Assembly: GCF_018350175.1 (NCBI RefSeq)
Contig: NC_058368.1
Location: 161,946,001-162,010,000 of the forward strand
Direction: 5' to 3'
Length of the DNA: 64,000 nt
From: Felis catus
Taxonomy: Eukaryota
The position numbers and the translations under genes were made by a program. Positions 36,831-48,507 of this stretch are shown piece by piece; position 1 is the first letter of the stretch; each line of letters opens with the position of its first letter. The notes under the pieces were generated by a model that ran no database searches, had not been told where the DNA came from, and saw nothing but the letters and a program-made list of their open reading frames with translations.

Positions 36831-38149
36831 GGAGGACTGAATAATTTATCAATTCCCTCTTCAGGCTTAGATCCACAACGAGCTAGACAAGGTTCAAAGA
36901 ACAGTATGTATTTTATTAACAGTCATGCCATGCTTATTAACTTGCAATTACGATGATTTTGAAATGTTCTGTTAGGAGTAATGGCTAGGATTTGAGGGCA
37001 AGATGAAATTGTCTATTATTCCCAAATCTAAACTTTAGGAAGTTATGTTTAATTTGTGGAATCCAGTTGTCGTAATTTACCCACGTGGCCATGTGAAAAA
37101 TCTTGGCTTGCCTCACAAACCTGGCACCAGAGATGCATTCCAGCTTCCTTGGGTCCTAGATGCTTTTGCTTTCGTGACAGCACATGACTGCCTTGATAAC
37201 AATATCAATACACTATATTGTAGGTTAAATCCTTTTCCTAAACTTAAAATTTTATTCTGATTTTAAGAGAAATGAAAATATTTTTTGTGCGCCTCCAGAA
37301 GTATTGTGAAATTCTAGCCAATGTGTCTACAGTGCCTAATGGATAATTCAGTCCTAACTACAAGAACAGAGATTAGCAGAGAAGTTCCTGTTGTTGTGTG
37401 TGTATTTGGTTGTTGAAGTTGTGTGTATGTAAAAAGACATTTTATTGATTCACATGGTCTAATAGATGTCTGGCTCTCATCCATTTATCTCCTGAGAAAA
37501 TTATGGCTTCTCTTACAGAGAGGGACAAGTGAGAGGATGGAGAGGGAAGAAAAACGATCATTTCCATACTGTACTGTCCTGGGAAACAAAGTGAAGGTCC
37601 CTTCTTTCCACAGAAAGAATTGCAGGAACAGGTAAGCCTCCCCTCAAAGGCAGAGTGATCTCTATTTGGCTTTCCACAGTTCTATAGTACTTCAGACAAA
37701 GTAGGTAAGATATGATTATTTAAGTGAAAAATGTGTGTAAATCACATGTGATAATTTGAGACAAAAGTCCGTTTTCTGCTTTACCTACTTCTAAAGGTGT
37801 CTTCCTTCAAATTGTTGGATGTTGATTTCTAACATAATATTTGATACTTTATGTTACTTAAACTCCCATATCCAATTTGTGGTCACATTCTAAAAGCTTT
37901 TTCTTGAACTGTATCTTCCATGTTTGTCTTTATTTTTAAACCTTTAAAAAATATTTTTCTCCTAATGAGATTATTCTGGATGAAAAATCAAAATATCCTA
38001 ATAAGATCTATCAAAGGTATAAGTCTCACTACAGGAATGATGCTAACCTTATTATTCTGAAGGCAGATATTCCAGATTGCAAATCCAAAGTTAGATGTGA
38101 ACCTATCTTCGGGAGAAAGGAACAGTTAAGACCACAGAGTTGTTAAAAA

Positions 38150-39195
38150 GTGAGGAGTGTTATCTCATTGTGGTTTGGATTTGCATTTCCCTGATGTGTG
38201 ATACTGAGCATCTTTTCATGTATCTGTTGGCCATCTTTATATCTTCTTTAGAAAAATGTCTGTCCAGGTCTTCTGCCCCTTTTAAAGAGATTATTTGTTG
38301 GGTTATTGAGTTGTATAAGCTGTTTTTATATTTTGGTTATTAACTCCTTATTGCATTTGTCATTCGCACGTATATTCTCCCATTCAGGGGTTGCCATTTC
38401 ATTTTGTTGATGGCTTTCTTCACTATGCAAAAACTTTTTATTTTGGTGTAGTTCCAATAGTTTATTTTTGCTTTTGTTTCTCTTGCCTGAAGATACATAT
38501 CTAGAAAAATGTTGCTATGGCCAATGTCAGATTACTGCATATGTTTTCTTACAGCACTTTTAACAATTTCAGGTCTCACATGTAAGTCTTTAATCCATAT
38601 TTAGTTTGTGTGTGGTGTAAGAAAGCAGTCCAGTTTCATTTTTTGGAATGTAGTTGTCCATTTCTCCCAGTACTGTTTGTTGAAGAGACAGTCTTTTCCC
38701 CCATTCTTGCCTCTTTTGGTGTAGACTAATTGACCATAAAAGTGTGGGTTTATTTCTGGGTGCTCTTTTCTGTTCCATTGATCTAAGTGCCTGTTTTTGT
38801 GCCAGTACCACAATATTTTGATGACTACAGCTTTGTAATGTATCTACAAATATGGAATTGTGATACCTCTAGCTTTGATTAAGCTGTGATACCTCCAGCT
38901 TTCTTAAGATGGCTTTGGCTATTTGGGGTCTTTGCTGATTCCATAAAAAACTTAGTGTTACTTGTTCTAGTTCTGTGAAATAAGCTTTGTATATTTTGAT
39001 AGAATTGCATCATATCTCTAGAATGCTTTGGTTGATATGGAAGGATGGGTGAAATAAAGGGGATGAAGAAGTACAGTGTAGGAAATAAGGCTGTACTCAT
39101 TGGTGTAAGCACTGAGTAATGTATAGGATTGTTGAATCATTAAGTTTTACAACTGAAAGTAATATAACACTGTTAAGTATACTTCCACAAAAAGT
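38150..39195. mobile_element. 5'-inverted (twin-primed) L1: minus-strand ORF2 piece 38150-39035 plus plus-strand 3'UTR 39036-39190
   Basis: Minus ORF 38601-38813 ([14 protein letters not shown]) adjoins plus-strand AGCACTGAGTAATGTATAGGATTGTTGAATCA; AAAAAGTG(A/G)GG at both ends. Confidence 0.8.
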
Positions 39196-39460
39196 GGGGG
39201 AAGTAGAATGTGATCCCAGAATAAAGATAACACAGGTGGTGCACATCCGGAGAACAGGTTGACAGACATTGACAGCTTGTAGCTTTGTTACAGATGATTT
39301 TCAGTAGCATCTAGATGCAATTCCTCATAGAAGAATCAAGTCTCAAGACGGGAAATTGAATGCATCTCACAAGACAGCTTTGAAGAAAATATACACTTCC
39401 TTCCTTGATTACATGCATTGTATACAGTTTTGAAAAAAAGAGTGTTTTTTCCTTACTGAC

Positions 39461-39558
39461 CCATTTTCCCTCCAACCAAGTTCTTATCATGAGACCATCT
39501 TCTTGATCTATTTGTCCTCCTATATCTATCATCTCTATTATTCCTCCAATAGTCATAT
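39461..39558 (-). CDS. Candidate internal exon (98 nt) of an unidentified gene
   Basis: Acceptor ttttttttttataaattccatttacag| and donor TGG|gtcagt; purine-rich; open in two frames; phase-compatible with 31830-31963. Confidence 0.4.
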
Positions 39559-40244
39559 CTGTAAATGGAATTTATAAAAAAAAAATAGGTGCAATGGTCG
39601 AATCAGGAGTGACTTCAAGTTTATAAGGCAATCTAGGGCTGCTCAGATGATGTTAGCCTAAGTTCACATGTGGTCTCCCACCATAGTAAGGAGATAAATC
39701 TGATGGAGCTTAATTAGTTGCATTATGAAGGCAAAAGGGACATAAGGCAGGAAGTCCTTAACTTTTCTGACTCTACCTCTGTGTTAGGTTACAAAGCAAA
39801 CCTGTCTGAAAAGTTACTCCCTTTTTATTCATTTTATAGGTCATTTTTTCCCTTAATGGTGAGTGACTGTGCTTAAGGACTCAAGGATCTATCAGGAGTC
39901 AATATTTTCTCCCATGTAATAGACATTTCATTATAGTGATTTTGTACTTTGAGTATAATTTTGGTTTATTCATTTATTTATTCCATAAATAATGAACACA
40001 TCCTTAGGGGTACTATAATAAGTAAGACTGAAGATCCCTTTACTGATGAAATAAATAATAATGGAATAACCAAAATGAGAACAATTCATTACTCATTGAA
40101 TATGCTGAGATGGAATGCAGCACCACACATATTTTAGCCAATTTACCTACAGAAAATATAATAAATCACTTTCTATAGATTATAATGTAATTACATAAAG
40201 TATATATAGTTTATATATATTAATATATATTGCTAAGACTATGC

Positions 40245-40386
40245 ATAGTCTTATGTAATCATTTACAGCAACCATTTAACAGATAAGAAATCTAGAACTC
40301 TAAGAGACCAAGTGGCTGGCCCAAATTCAACATTAGAAAGCTACAATGCTAGATTCCGACTCAGGCTCCTTGAGGCCATATCTTAA
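40245..40386 (-). mobile_element. MIR fragment
   Basis: TAATCATTTACAGCAACC...ACAGATAAGAAA...AAGTGGCTGGCCCAAATTCA resembles the MIR core. Confidence 0.55.
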
Positions 40387-42073
40387 TTAATGGAATATAC
40401 TTGGTCTACTTATTTTTACACATAAATATTTGGATGACATGAATTCTGTATATATTAAGACTGTTCTGATTAAGTCATCAGAACTTAAGTACATGTCATA
40501 AAATGTGTCTCTAAACAAATCCATTACTGTTGAGCGGAGCCCACTTTGAATGAAATGACAACATTTTAGAGATCCTAGAAAAAAGTTCACTTTGAACTGC
40601 TGACCATGGGAAAGACGTTGCCAAATACTGAGTATCTTAACTCTACCAGGATTTCCCATATTTCCTGTGTACCAGTGTTGTGAAAGGAACCAAATACATG
40701 TTTGAGTCAAATATCAGCATTGAAATAATAGGAGTTGTCAATCATTACTCTGATATGGCCAGTAATTAATATGTCACAAAATTATACTACTCCAAAAACT
40801 CTTGAATTAAAAGTACCCACGATAGGAATCTTTTGTTATCAAGTGAAAAAAATACCACCTTGAAGTATGGATATAAATACTTGTACTACAAAAAGTTGCC
40901 GTATATTATGTATTTTAAAGTAACTATGACTGGAAAGAATTTACATAAGTACCTACTCCCATGGGATTTTCTAGGATTTGAATCAAACTGGACAAATGAT
41001 AAGAACAGTATGGCTTTTATTCATTACTCTGAATGAGAATCCAGGTGAGCATGTCAGAGGTTTTCAATTTAGTCTTAATGATCGAAATGTATATGTTTAA
41101 AAAAGTTACTAAGAATGAAGATTGGTCAATGAAGCCTGTGAAAAGCTTCTTGGTATTCACACTGTATTCTTTTTCCAGCCACATGACCAAAGTGACTTCA
41201 CATAGCTTTTCTAGACAAGTTTGCTTCAAATACCCATTCACACCCAGCCCTTTTATCAATGCTCACCCTGTGAAATCTTTTCAAGAGTTTTTACACAAAT
41301 ATCTTAGTGGTGCCACATGATTGTCTCCTCAGACTATGTAAAAAGAAATAATCATAGAATATTCATGGAGATTCCAACAATGAGATCTGTGTTGGAAATA
41401 AAGGATAACGTTCCATAGGTGCAATATATCTATTTTATGTCTACTGGTGCTAGGTTCCTAAAGCCTGCTTATAAGTGCTCTTCTTTATCATTGCACTGAT
41501 GTTCAACATACCTATTTCCAAAAAGCAGAAATAGAGCCATCGGTATACTATGCAGTGGTCTGACCTGTCTTTTAGAATGGACAGTATTTTCCTAATAAAT
41601 AAATCCCACCTTAGTGCCTCAACACAAAGCCTTCAAGGGCACCACCATGTAATTGGAAGCCATCTATTGTGACTCTTCTCCAGCCACCTGAATCTTATTG
41701 CTGTTATTGTTCAAAAGAAAATGGTTCCAAAATGTTAGAACATTCATTAGGGTCACAATTAAATGTTCAGTGGCAATAGACCAGAGGCTAAATGGTGGTT
41801 TAGGATATATAGAGTCATGTTTTCAATGTCTAAAATTTGAAGAATTTTACCATTTGAAATTGAAGTTTTTATTTTTATTTTGCAATGCTTGCAGGAAAAA
41901 GGAAGTTATTTTGGTAATGGTTTGGGACATGATTTGTTCTACTGATTTGAGAGCAGACATTGAGAACTAGACTGTTATTTTTAATAGGTAAGAAGTTGCA
42001 TTTTGAAATGTACCAAAGACAATAGGGACCTAAATTAGTAAAAACAATAATTTCCATTTAAAGAAAGATCCTA

Positions 42074-42233
42074 GGGGCACCTGGGTGGCTCAGTCAGGTA
42101 AGTATCCAACATCAGCTTAGGTCATGATCTTATGGTTTATGAGTTCGAACCCTGCGTCAGGCTCTGTGCTGAGCACTCAAAGCCTGGAGTCTGCTCTGAT
42201 TCTGTGTTTCCTTCGTTCTTTGCCCTTCCCCTG

Positions 42234-42288
<55 letters not shown>

Positions 42289-42337
42289 AATAAACATCTA
42301 AAAATTTTAAAAATAAATGAACATTGAAACAAAAATG
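42074..42337 (+). mobile_element. Feline Can-SINE with expanded (CT)n
   Basis: TSD TTTAAAGAAAGATC at 42057-42070 and 42338-42351. Confidence 0.93.
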
Positions 42338-42822
42338 TTTAAAGAAAGATCTTAATTTTTTGTGCTATCAGCAATGAAGAAAATATGTATGAGATCTCAG
42401 TAGTAAAATCTCCCTCTTGGACTTGTAGGATCCGTTGAGGTTCATAAAACTATCCTTTCCAAATGCTCTTGAAAATGGGAAATGTAATTTGGAATATATA
42501 AATCACTTGTTTGAGGTCAAGTATCAATTAATTCTCCAAAAACATTTTGTCATTAATTTCATGTCACGAACTTTCTTAAGTTAATATACTTCGTTTTATT
42601 TAATATAAAGTCAGAATATCAATTAAAGATGTATTTAGATGTAGCAATCAGTGAGAGTGCAAAATAAGGATACTGTTTCTTCTTGGAAGGAACATATGTT
42701 CTGTTTAAGGAGATTATACATAAATGGATACAATTACAAATAAATATATATGTGAAATTCAAGCTACAAACAACAGAAAGTGCAGAGGAAGAGAGCCAAG
42801 GAGGATGTGAGGGCAGTGGAGG

Positions 42823-42823
<1 letters not shown>

Positions 42824-42869
<46 letters not shown>
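42824..42869. repeat. (GT)n microsatellite
   Basis: Directly visible. Confidence 0.95.
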
Positions 42870-42871
<2 letters not shown>

Positions 42872-45021
42872 GGTGGCCATGGCAGTGAACTGAATTCTGA
42901 GGAGTTGAGATACATGCAAGTGGAAAGCAGGGGAATCACACTGCCAGGGGAGCCACATTGTATATGATAAGAGCTAAGAGGTAAAAGTGCTAAGAGGTAA
43001 AAGTGAATTTTGCATATATAAAAATACATATTATTAATGACAGTGATTGGGGAGTTCAGATTAGTAAACAGAAATGAAATTTGGAAAATTGAGGAACAAG
43101 TTGAAAGTGATCTTGGTTACTCAGTGAAGTAGCACCATCTTTCCTGTCAAAATGCCGGTCGTATTGGTGGGAGGTGGGGGTGTTAGGACAATGACATGAG
43201 GGAAGTGATGTTTTACTCTGGTTTAACCTGGCTGCAAAATGCAGAATGGATTTGGATGAATGAAGAAACCATTGTGGTGGTTAGGATATAAGTGCTAGGG
43301 CCTATACCACAGTGGTTTCCGTGTGGATAAGAAGGATATTTTAGACAGAGATTAAGAAGAACATAAAAGGCTTTATGGTCGATCAGTTTTATAGGAGAAA
43401 AGTAGATATAGAAGTATAATATTTAAACATTTTGAGACTCCATGACTGGATGTGGTACAGCCTGTCTTTTTTTAAAGATGATGAATTCAACTTTATTTTG
43501 AGTTTGAAGTGGACAGAAAATCAAAACAGTTGGTTCTGCTAGTATTGTATGGATTTTTTTTTTTTATCAACCACTTTTGTTCATTGTTTATTTTTGAATG
43601 ATCTATGGCTGAGTATGGGTCCCTAAGCCAGCCATTGTTTATGTAGATTCACCATTTTTTAATCTTCCCATTAATGAAATGATAAACGTTTGTGTATATA
43701 AATGTCAGTTTCTTGGGGGAGAGGGGGATTATTCATAAAAAATTACTATTAAGTAAAACTCATCCTAATCTAAGAAAATTATGACCTCTATTTAGACACA
43801 ATTTCAAATGTCAAATTTAAATGGTTAAGTCTAAAGCCTGGCAGGGTCCACTATTTATTCTCTGTAGCACTTGGGGCATCAGTAGAGAAGATTTACAAAT
43901 ATGAAATAGTGAATCATTTTACAGCACTTGGGAGGATTTGGGATTTATATTGCCACATTGTGGTTGCAAATGTTAGGATTTTTATTGGGTTTCGTAATAA
44001 GTCTTTCACATAACTACAACAAATGCTATTTTATTTTTCTTACACATTTTCCTATGAAAAATAAACTCTTTAAAATTAAATGAATCCAAGCATATGTCTT
44101 GGGAGCTTCATAAGTATTTGAGGTATATGGATGATTGGGAAAGACTGATGCACATCTTAGGCAAAAGAAAACATTAAGTGAGAGAAGTTAATGAGTAAAG
44201 AAAAAAAAATCTGACCAGTTTCCAGAGCCTGTGGTGAAGAGAAATAGGAAAAAATATAAGAAAGATACTGAGAAAGAGCCCAGGGAATCAGCAGTAGAAA
44301 AGGTCCAGTGCAGCTGCAGGAAGATGACAGACTTCCATGATCTTTTTATTGGCAAAAATACTTGTGAGAATATTAAGGTAGCTGAGCAGTGTAGACCATG
44401 AAGTTAGGGCATAACTGAGAATGAAATCTGTATGAATTGGGGAAGGTGGAACTTGAACTATGTCTAAAATATGGATATAAATAAAAGATGAACGAAAGAC
44501 TAGAACTGATCCAAGGAAATGTAGGAAGTTAAACAGAGGCATAGAAGGACAAAACATGAGTTAGGGATAACAGAGAAAGATCTGAATAAAACACATGGTT
44601 CATGAAAGCAAAATGAAGTTCGGTAGTGAAGTAGAGTGTGGCCAGATGATGTGCATGCTGTAAAATCCAGCAGAAGATTTTTTGCTGCTGGACATGGAAT
44701 AAGAGAGGCACAGAAGATGTTTGAGAGGTAAGTTGGTGTTTAGGTGCTTTTAGAAGATTAACTTTCATTTCAAGTTATTCTGGTGGTAATAAGTGGGGTA
44801 TTTGGGAGAAGATGAAGCTAGAGCTAGGATGTGTGGTTTGGGGACTCATGAAATAATCCCGGAGTAAGTCAAAAACTTAAATGTCTCAATGGCACATACT
44901 TGAAAGGTTACTTTGCTATTTAAATAGACAATGGTAAAGTGGAGACATCATGAGCTCTGGTAAGGGGACATCTTGTTTAGAAACAAAGTAGCATCAAATA
45001 ATTGACATAGAGACAGATAAG

Positions 45022-45196
45022 TAATATATATATATTATACATTTATAATATACATTATAATATACATTACACTATACATATACATACATATACGTAAACA
45101 TTATATATTATACAATATATATATTATACATTATACATTTATATATATATATATATATAAAATATGTGTGCCTTATATATATATATATACATATAG
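45022..45196. repeat. TA-rich low-complexity tract (TATA/TACATTA units)
   Basis: Directly visible. Confidence 0.85.
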
Positions 45197-45895
45197 TGCC
45201 TGACAGATAATTCTCAGTAAAAAGGTTTATACGTGCCCTTGTATCTTGTACTGTCCTTTACTTAGCTTTTATATTTATAACTTATTATCCCCCTCAATAT
45301 TCTTTTCTTTGGCAATGTATTTAAAGTCCATAAACTGCTTAAACAAGAGATTAATCTGAAACTATATAAATATGATAAAGTGGTTCAACAAAGAAAGCGG
45401 TGAACTAGAAGCAACATATTGTGGAAGCAGGCCGTATATAATTGGTCAAAATTTTCTCAAGTGAAACATATTTACCTTTGCTATTGAAGATTCTAAATTT
45501 CTACTAAAAGTTACTTGGTCATGAGCAATACTTTGTATGTACTCTTAAGAAAATATTACCTCAAATGCATAATAAAAAGTTTGCTCTGTTGCATGCAGCA
45601 TTATTCTAGAACTTTCATAGATTGTTAAAATATCCTTTATGTGAAGACATCTAGCAAAGTACCTTTGTCCTATACCTACCTATATCTCTCCCTCATTTGT
45701 GACTTACAGAAATTTAACTTCTGTCTCTGTGCTTCCTGTTTACTAAGAAAATAGCAAGTCCAGAGAGAGTCAAGATAACGCTTATTTCCTTTTCATATAC
45801 TGATGAGATAATCCTTGGACTCTAAGGTTCAATTGCAGTATGTTGGAAAAGGACATTATAATAAATGGTTACAAAAGTTTTTGGTTCTATGTAAT

Positions 45896-45982
45896 TTCCA
45901 TGTAGAATAATTCTTACACTCCAAGCACAACCACCCCAACTTCCATGTAGAATAATTCTTACACTCCAAGCACAACCACCCC
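45896..45982. repeat. Perfect 42-bp direct duplication, period 45
   Basis: TTCCATGTAGAATAATTCTTACACTCCAAGCACAACCACCCC at 45896-45937 and 45941-45982. Confidence 0.97.
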
Positions 45983-47861
45983 TGACCTCCTTTCTCATTT
46001 TCATTGATAAAGTCATCTTTGTTTCGAACTTAGTCTCCACCAATATAACTTCTAATACACCTTCCATTTTATCAGCTGTATAACCCAAGCCACATTAAAT
46101 GCAGCTACAATATTGAGTACCTTAAATTTAGTACATGTAAAGATCCTTCCAAAATAATTTTGTTTACACAAGGCAAGAATGAGTTGGTATCCCATGACCA
46201 AAATGTGAAATGATTTTTAGATGCCTATGAACATCCTGTTCACAATAGTTTTAATGGACAGTAAGAATAATTTTTAATACTACTTACATTTTAGTGGTTT
46301 ACCTGCAGAAGTCATTTCAATCCTGACCACACATTTGAGTAAATATGAACTTTGGGTATTATTAATTTATAATCACAAATAAGGAAATTAGGGCCCAGTA
46401 AGTTGAGAGCTATTTGTCAGGCTTAGTAGTTTTGTTGATTGCTCTATCTGCATAGCCAGCCAGTGAGTGTGGCCTCAGTGTCTCTGTTGTACTGTCTGAA
46501 CCTTAGTATTAGCTTTAATTTGAAGAGAAAGTCTCATTCTATCCAGTTTAGCTCCTCTCAGGCAGAGAAAAGTAGAGACAACGGTAGGGTGTGAAGGATA
46601 ACAAAGCAGGAACTGGAGTCCACCATAGTTATCCAGTGATCTTCTACAATGCCTGTATAGCATGTTTTCAGATCTAAGTGTTTTGCATCTTGGCTACACT
46701 TGAGCATGTAGAAGTTATCTAGCCTGCCTTGCCCTTGCCCTCCATCTGTGGCCTGGGTTGTGAGTGGGTCAGCTTTGGAGGGAGTTCTTACATAGGAAGT
46801 ACCTGGTAGTGCTTGGGCTTACTCTGTTTGCTGGGTTCTATTTTCTGTCCATTAAGAACAGACATCCTATTTTAAGTTAGTCTGCCTACAACTTTGTCCC
46901 TATTAACAAAATTATCAAAATTTTACCATTATTAATAATCTACTTCATAAAGTCTTGTGCCATGACTTCAAATTTCCATCCACATTACTCTGGGAATGCC
47001 ATAGTTACCCTAATTAAAATGTGCATTCTTCCTGAAGGGAATATCTAAAATATAACAATCCTTTATCTCCAACTCTACTAATTAACAGACTATTACCTCA
47101 TATCTCAATTCCTCAAGCCATATTCTTAAAAAAAAAATGGGTTATAAATAATGATATGCTCAGATGATGTGCACTGACTCCTTGATACTGAGATTTTTAT
47201 GAAAGTGGCCATGAAAATATAGGTATGATATGAATGGGAGAAAATTGAGGCTCAAAGAAGTATAGCAATATATTTCACTTTTCTATTGATGAGCTATTTA
47301 ATCATGAAAACCAATGGAAAGATTTCCTTACTACCCTCTTATCATATCTGCCCTTAATATGATGTCAGACTCCCAAATCCACTAAGTTAATTGAAAAAAT
47401 AAACTAGACACCCGTAAAACTTGAAGTGATAAAAGCAATCTATCATAACATCTTGCATAAATCATGTGAAGGTTCCAAAATCTTTCAATCACAATTATAC
47501 TTGTTTCTTTTTGCTGGAAGATAGCTGTTCCCCTTATGCTACTACACTATTGGAATTTAGTAGTATCATTTCAGCTAATTTCACTAGGTAAGCATCTAAG
47601 GTTTGTAAGTCCTCTCTCATAACTTGATAATTTGAAATTGCTTTGATCAGCCCCTCCTATGAAGAGTTTCATTATGTTCAGGCTGCTTTGCATTTTCTTT
47701 AGCTTAATCATTATCTGTTAGCATCTCCAAAATACCTTCTTTATACTATCACTTAACATTAAGCCCAAGTAGAGAAACCCCTCTTGTGAACTGAACAAAA
47801 CTAACTCCTATATGGGATTTTCTCCACTATAAAAGGTAATAGATTTGGGTTACTGGTCATG

Positions 47862-48072
47862 GAAGTTGATGGCACATAGTTTGGTGTCAGGTAAGTCTGA
47901 GTTTAAATCCCAACTCAAACTGATCTAATTAGTTATCTGAGTTTTGAGGTCCAAGTGTGTCATCTATAATAAGACATAATGACCTTAAATCTAAGATTTC
48001 TTGAGGGAGTAAATGAAGAGACATAGGTAAGGCAGTTGGCATACCTGACATAGGAGTTAAGAAATAATAGTA
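47862..48072 (+). mobile_element. MIR
   Basis: TTTGGTGTCAGGTAAGTCTGAGTTTAAATCCCAACTC...TCATCTATAA...GAGTAAATGA...CCTGACATAG. Confidence 0.65.
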
Positions 48073-48281
48073 TTACATTTATATATTGCATAATAGCATA
48101 AATGGATTCAAATTTCTATTGTCACTCACTAATTTCATGATTTCTGGAAGTTATCCTGGTTTACTAATACATAATAATAAGGCTGTTAATTTGTGTTAAG
48201 ACTGTAATTTTTGTGAAGTCCTATAGCAATTAATGCATAGAATATAGTCAATATTTTAAAAGATTTTATTTGTACACTTGT

Positions 48282-48507
48282 GTTTTTTTTAAACTTTAAA
48301 ACAGTTTTAAATTTTTATTTTTGAGAGACAGACAGACAAAGTGTGAACAGGGTAGGGGCAGAAAGAGAAGGAGACACAGAATCTGAAGAAGGCTCCAGGC
48401 TCTGAGCTGTCAGCACAGAGCCTGATGCAGGGCTCGAACCCATGAACCATGAAATCATGACCTGACCAAAGTCAGAGGTTTAACAGGCTGAGCCATCCCG
48501 GTGCCCC
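48282..48507 (-). mobile_element. Feline Can-SINE
   Basis: GGCTCCAGGCTCTGAGCTGTCAGCACAGAGCC...CTGAGCCATCCCGGTGCCCC. Confidence 0.92.

Noticed and set aside
40387..40710. 107-aa minus-strand ORF as an exon
   Set aside because: An acceptor exists near 40575 but I found no convincing donor or phase match, and no recognisable domain
42973..43004. 16-bp tandem duplication (similar small ones at 57664-57689, 38859-38902 and 59074-59115)
   Set aside because: Ordinary slippage duplications with no spacer structure; not CRISPR-like and no evident function
42619..43029. 136-aa ORF with an HT repeat
   Set aside because: Frame is held open by the (GT)n microsatellite
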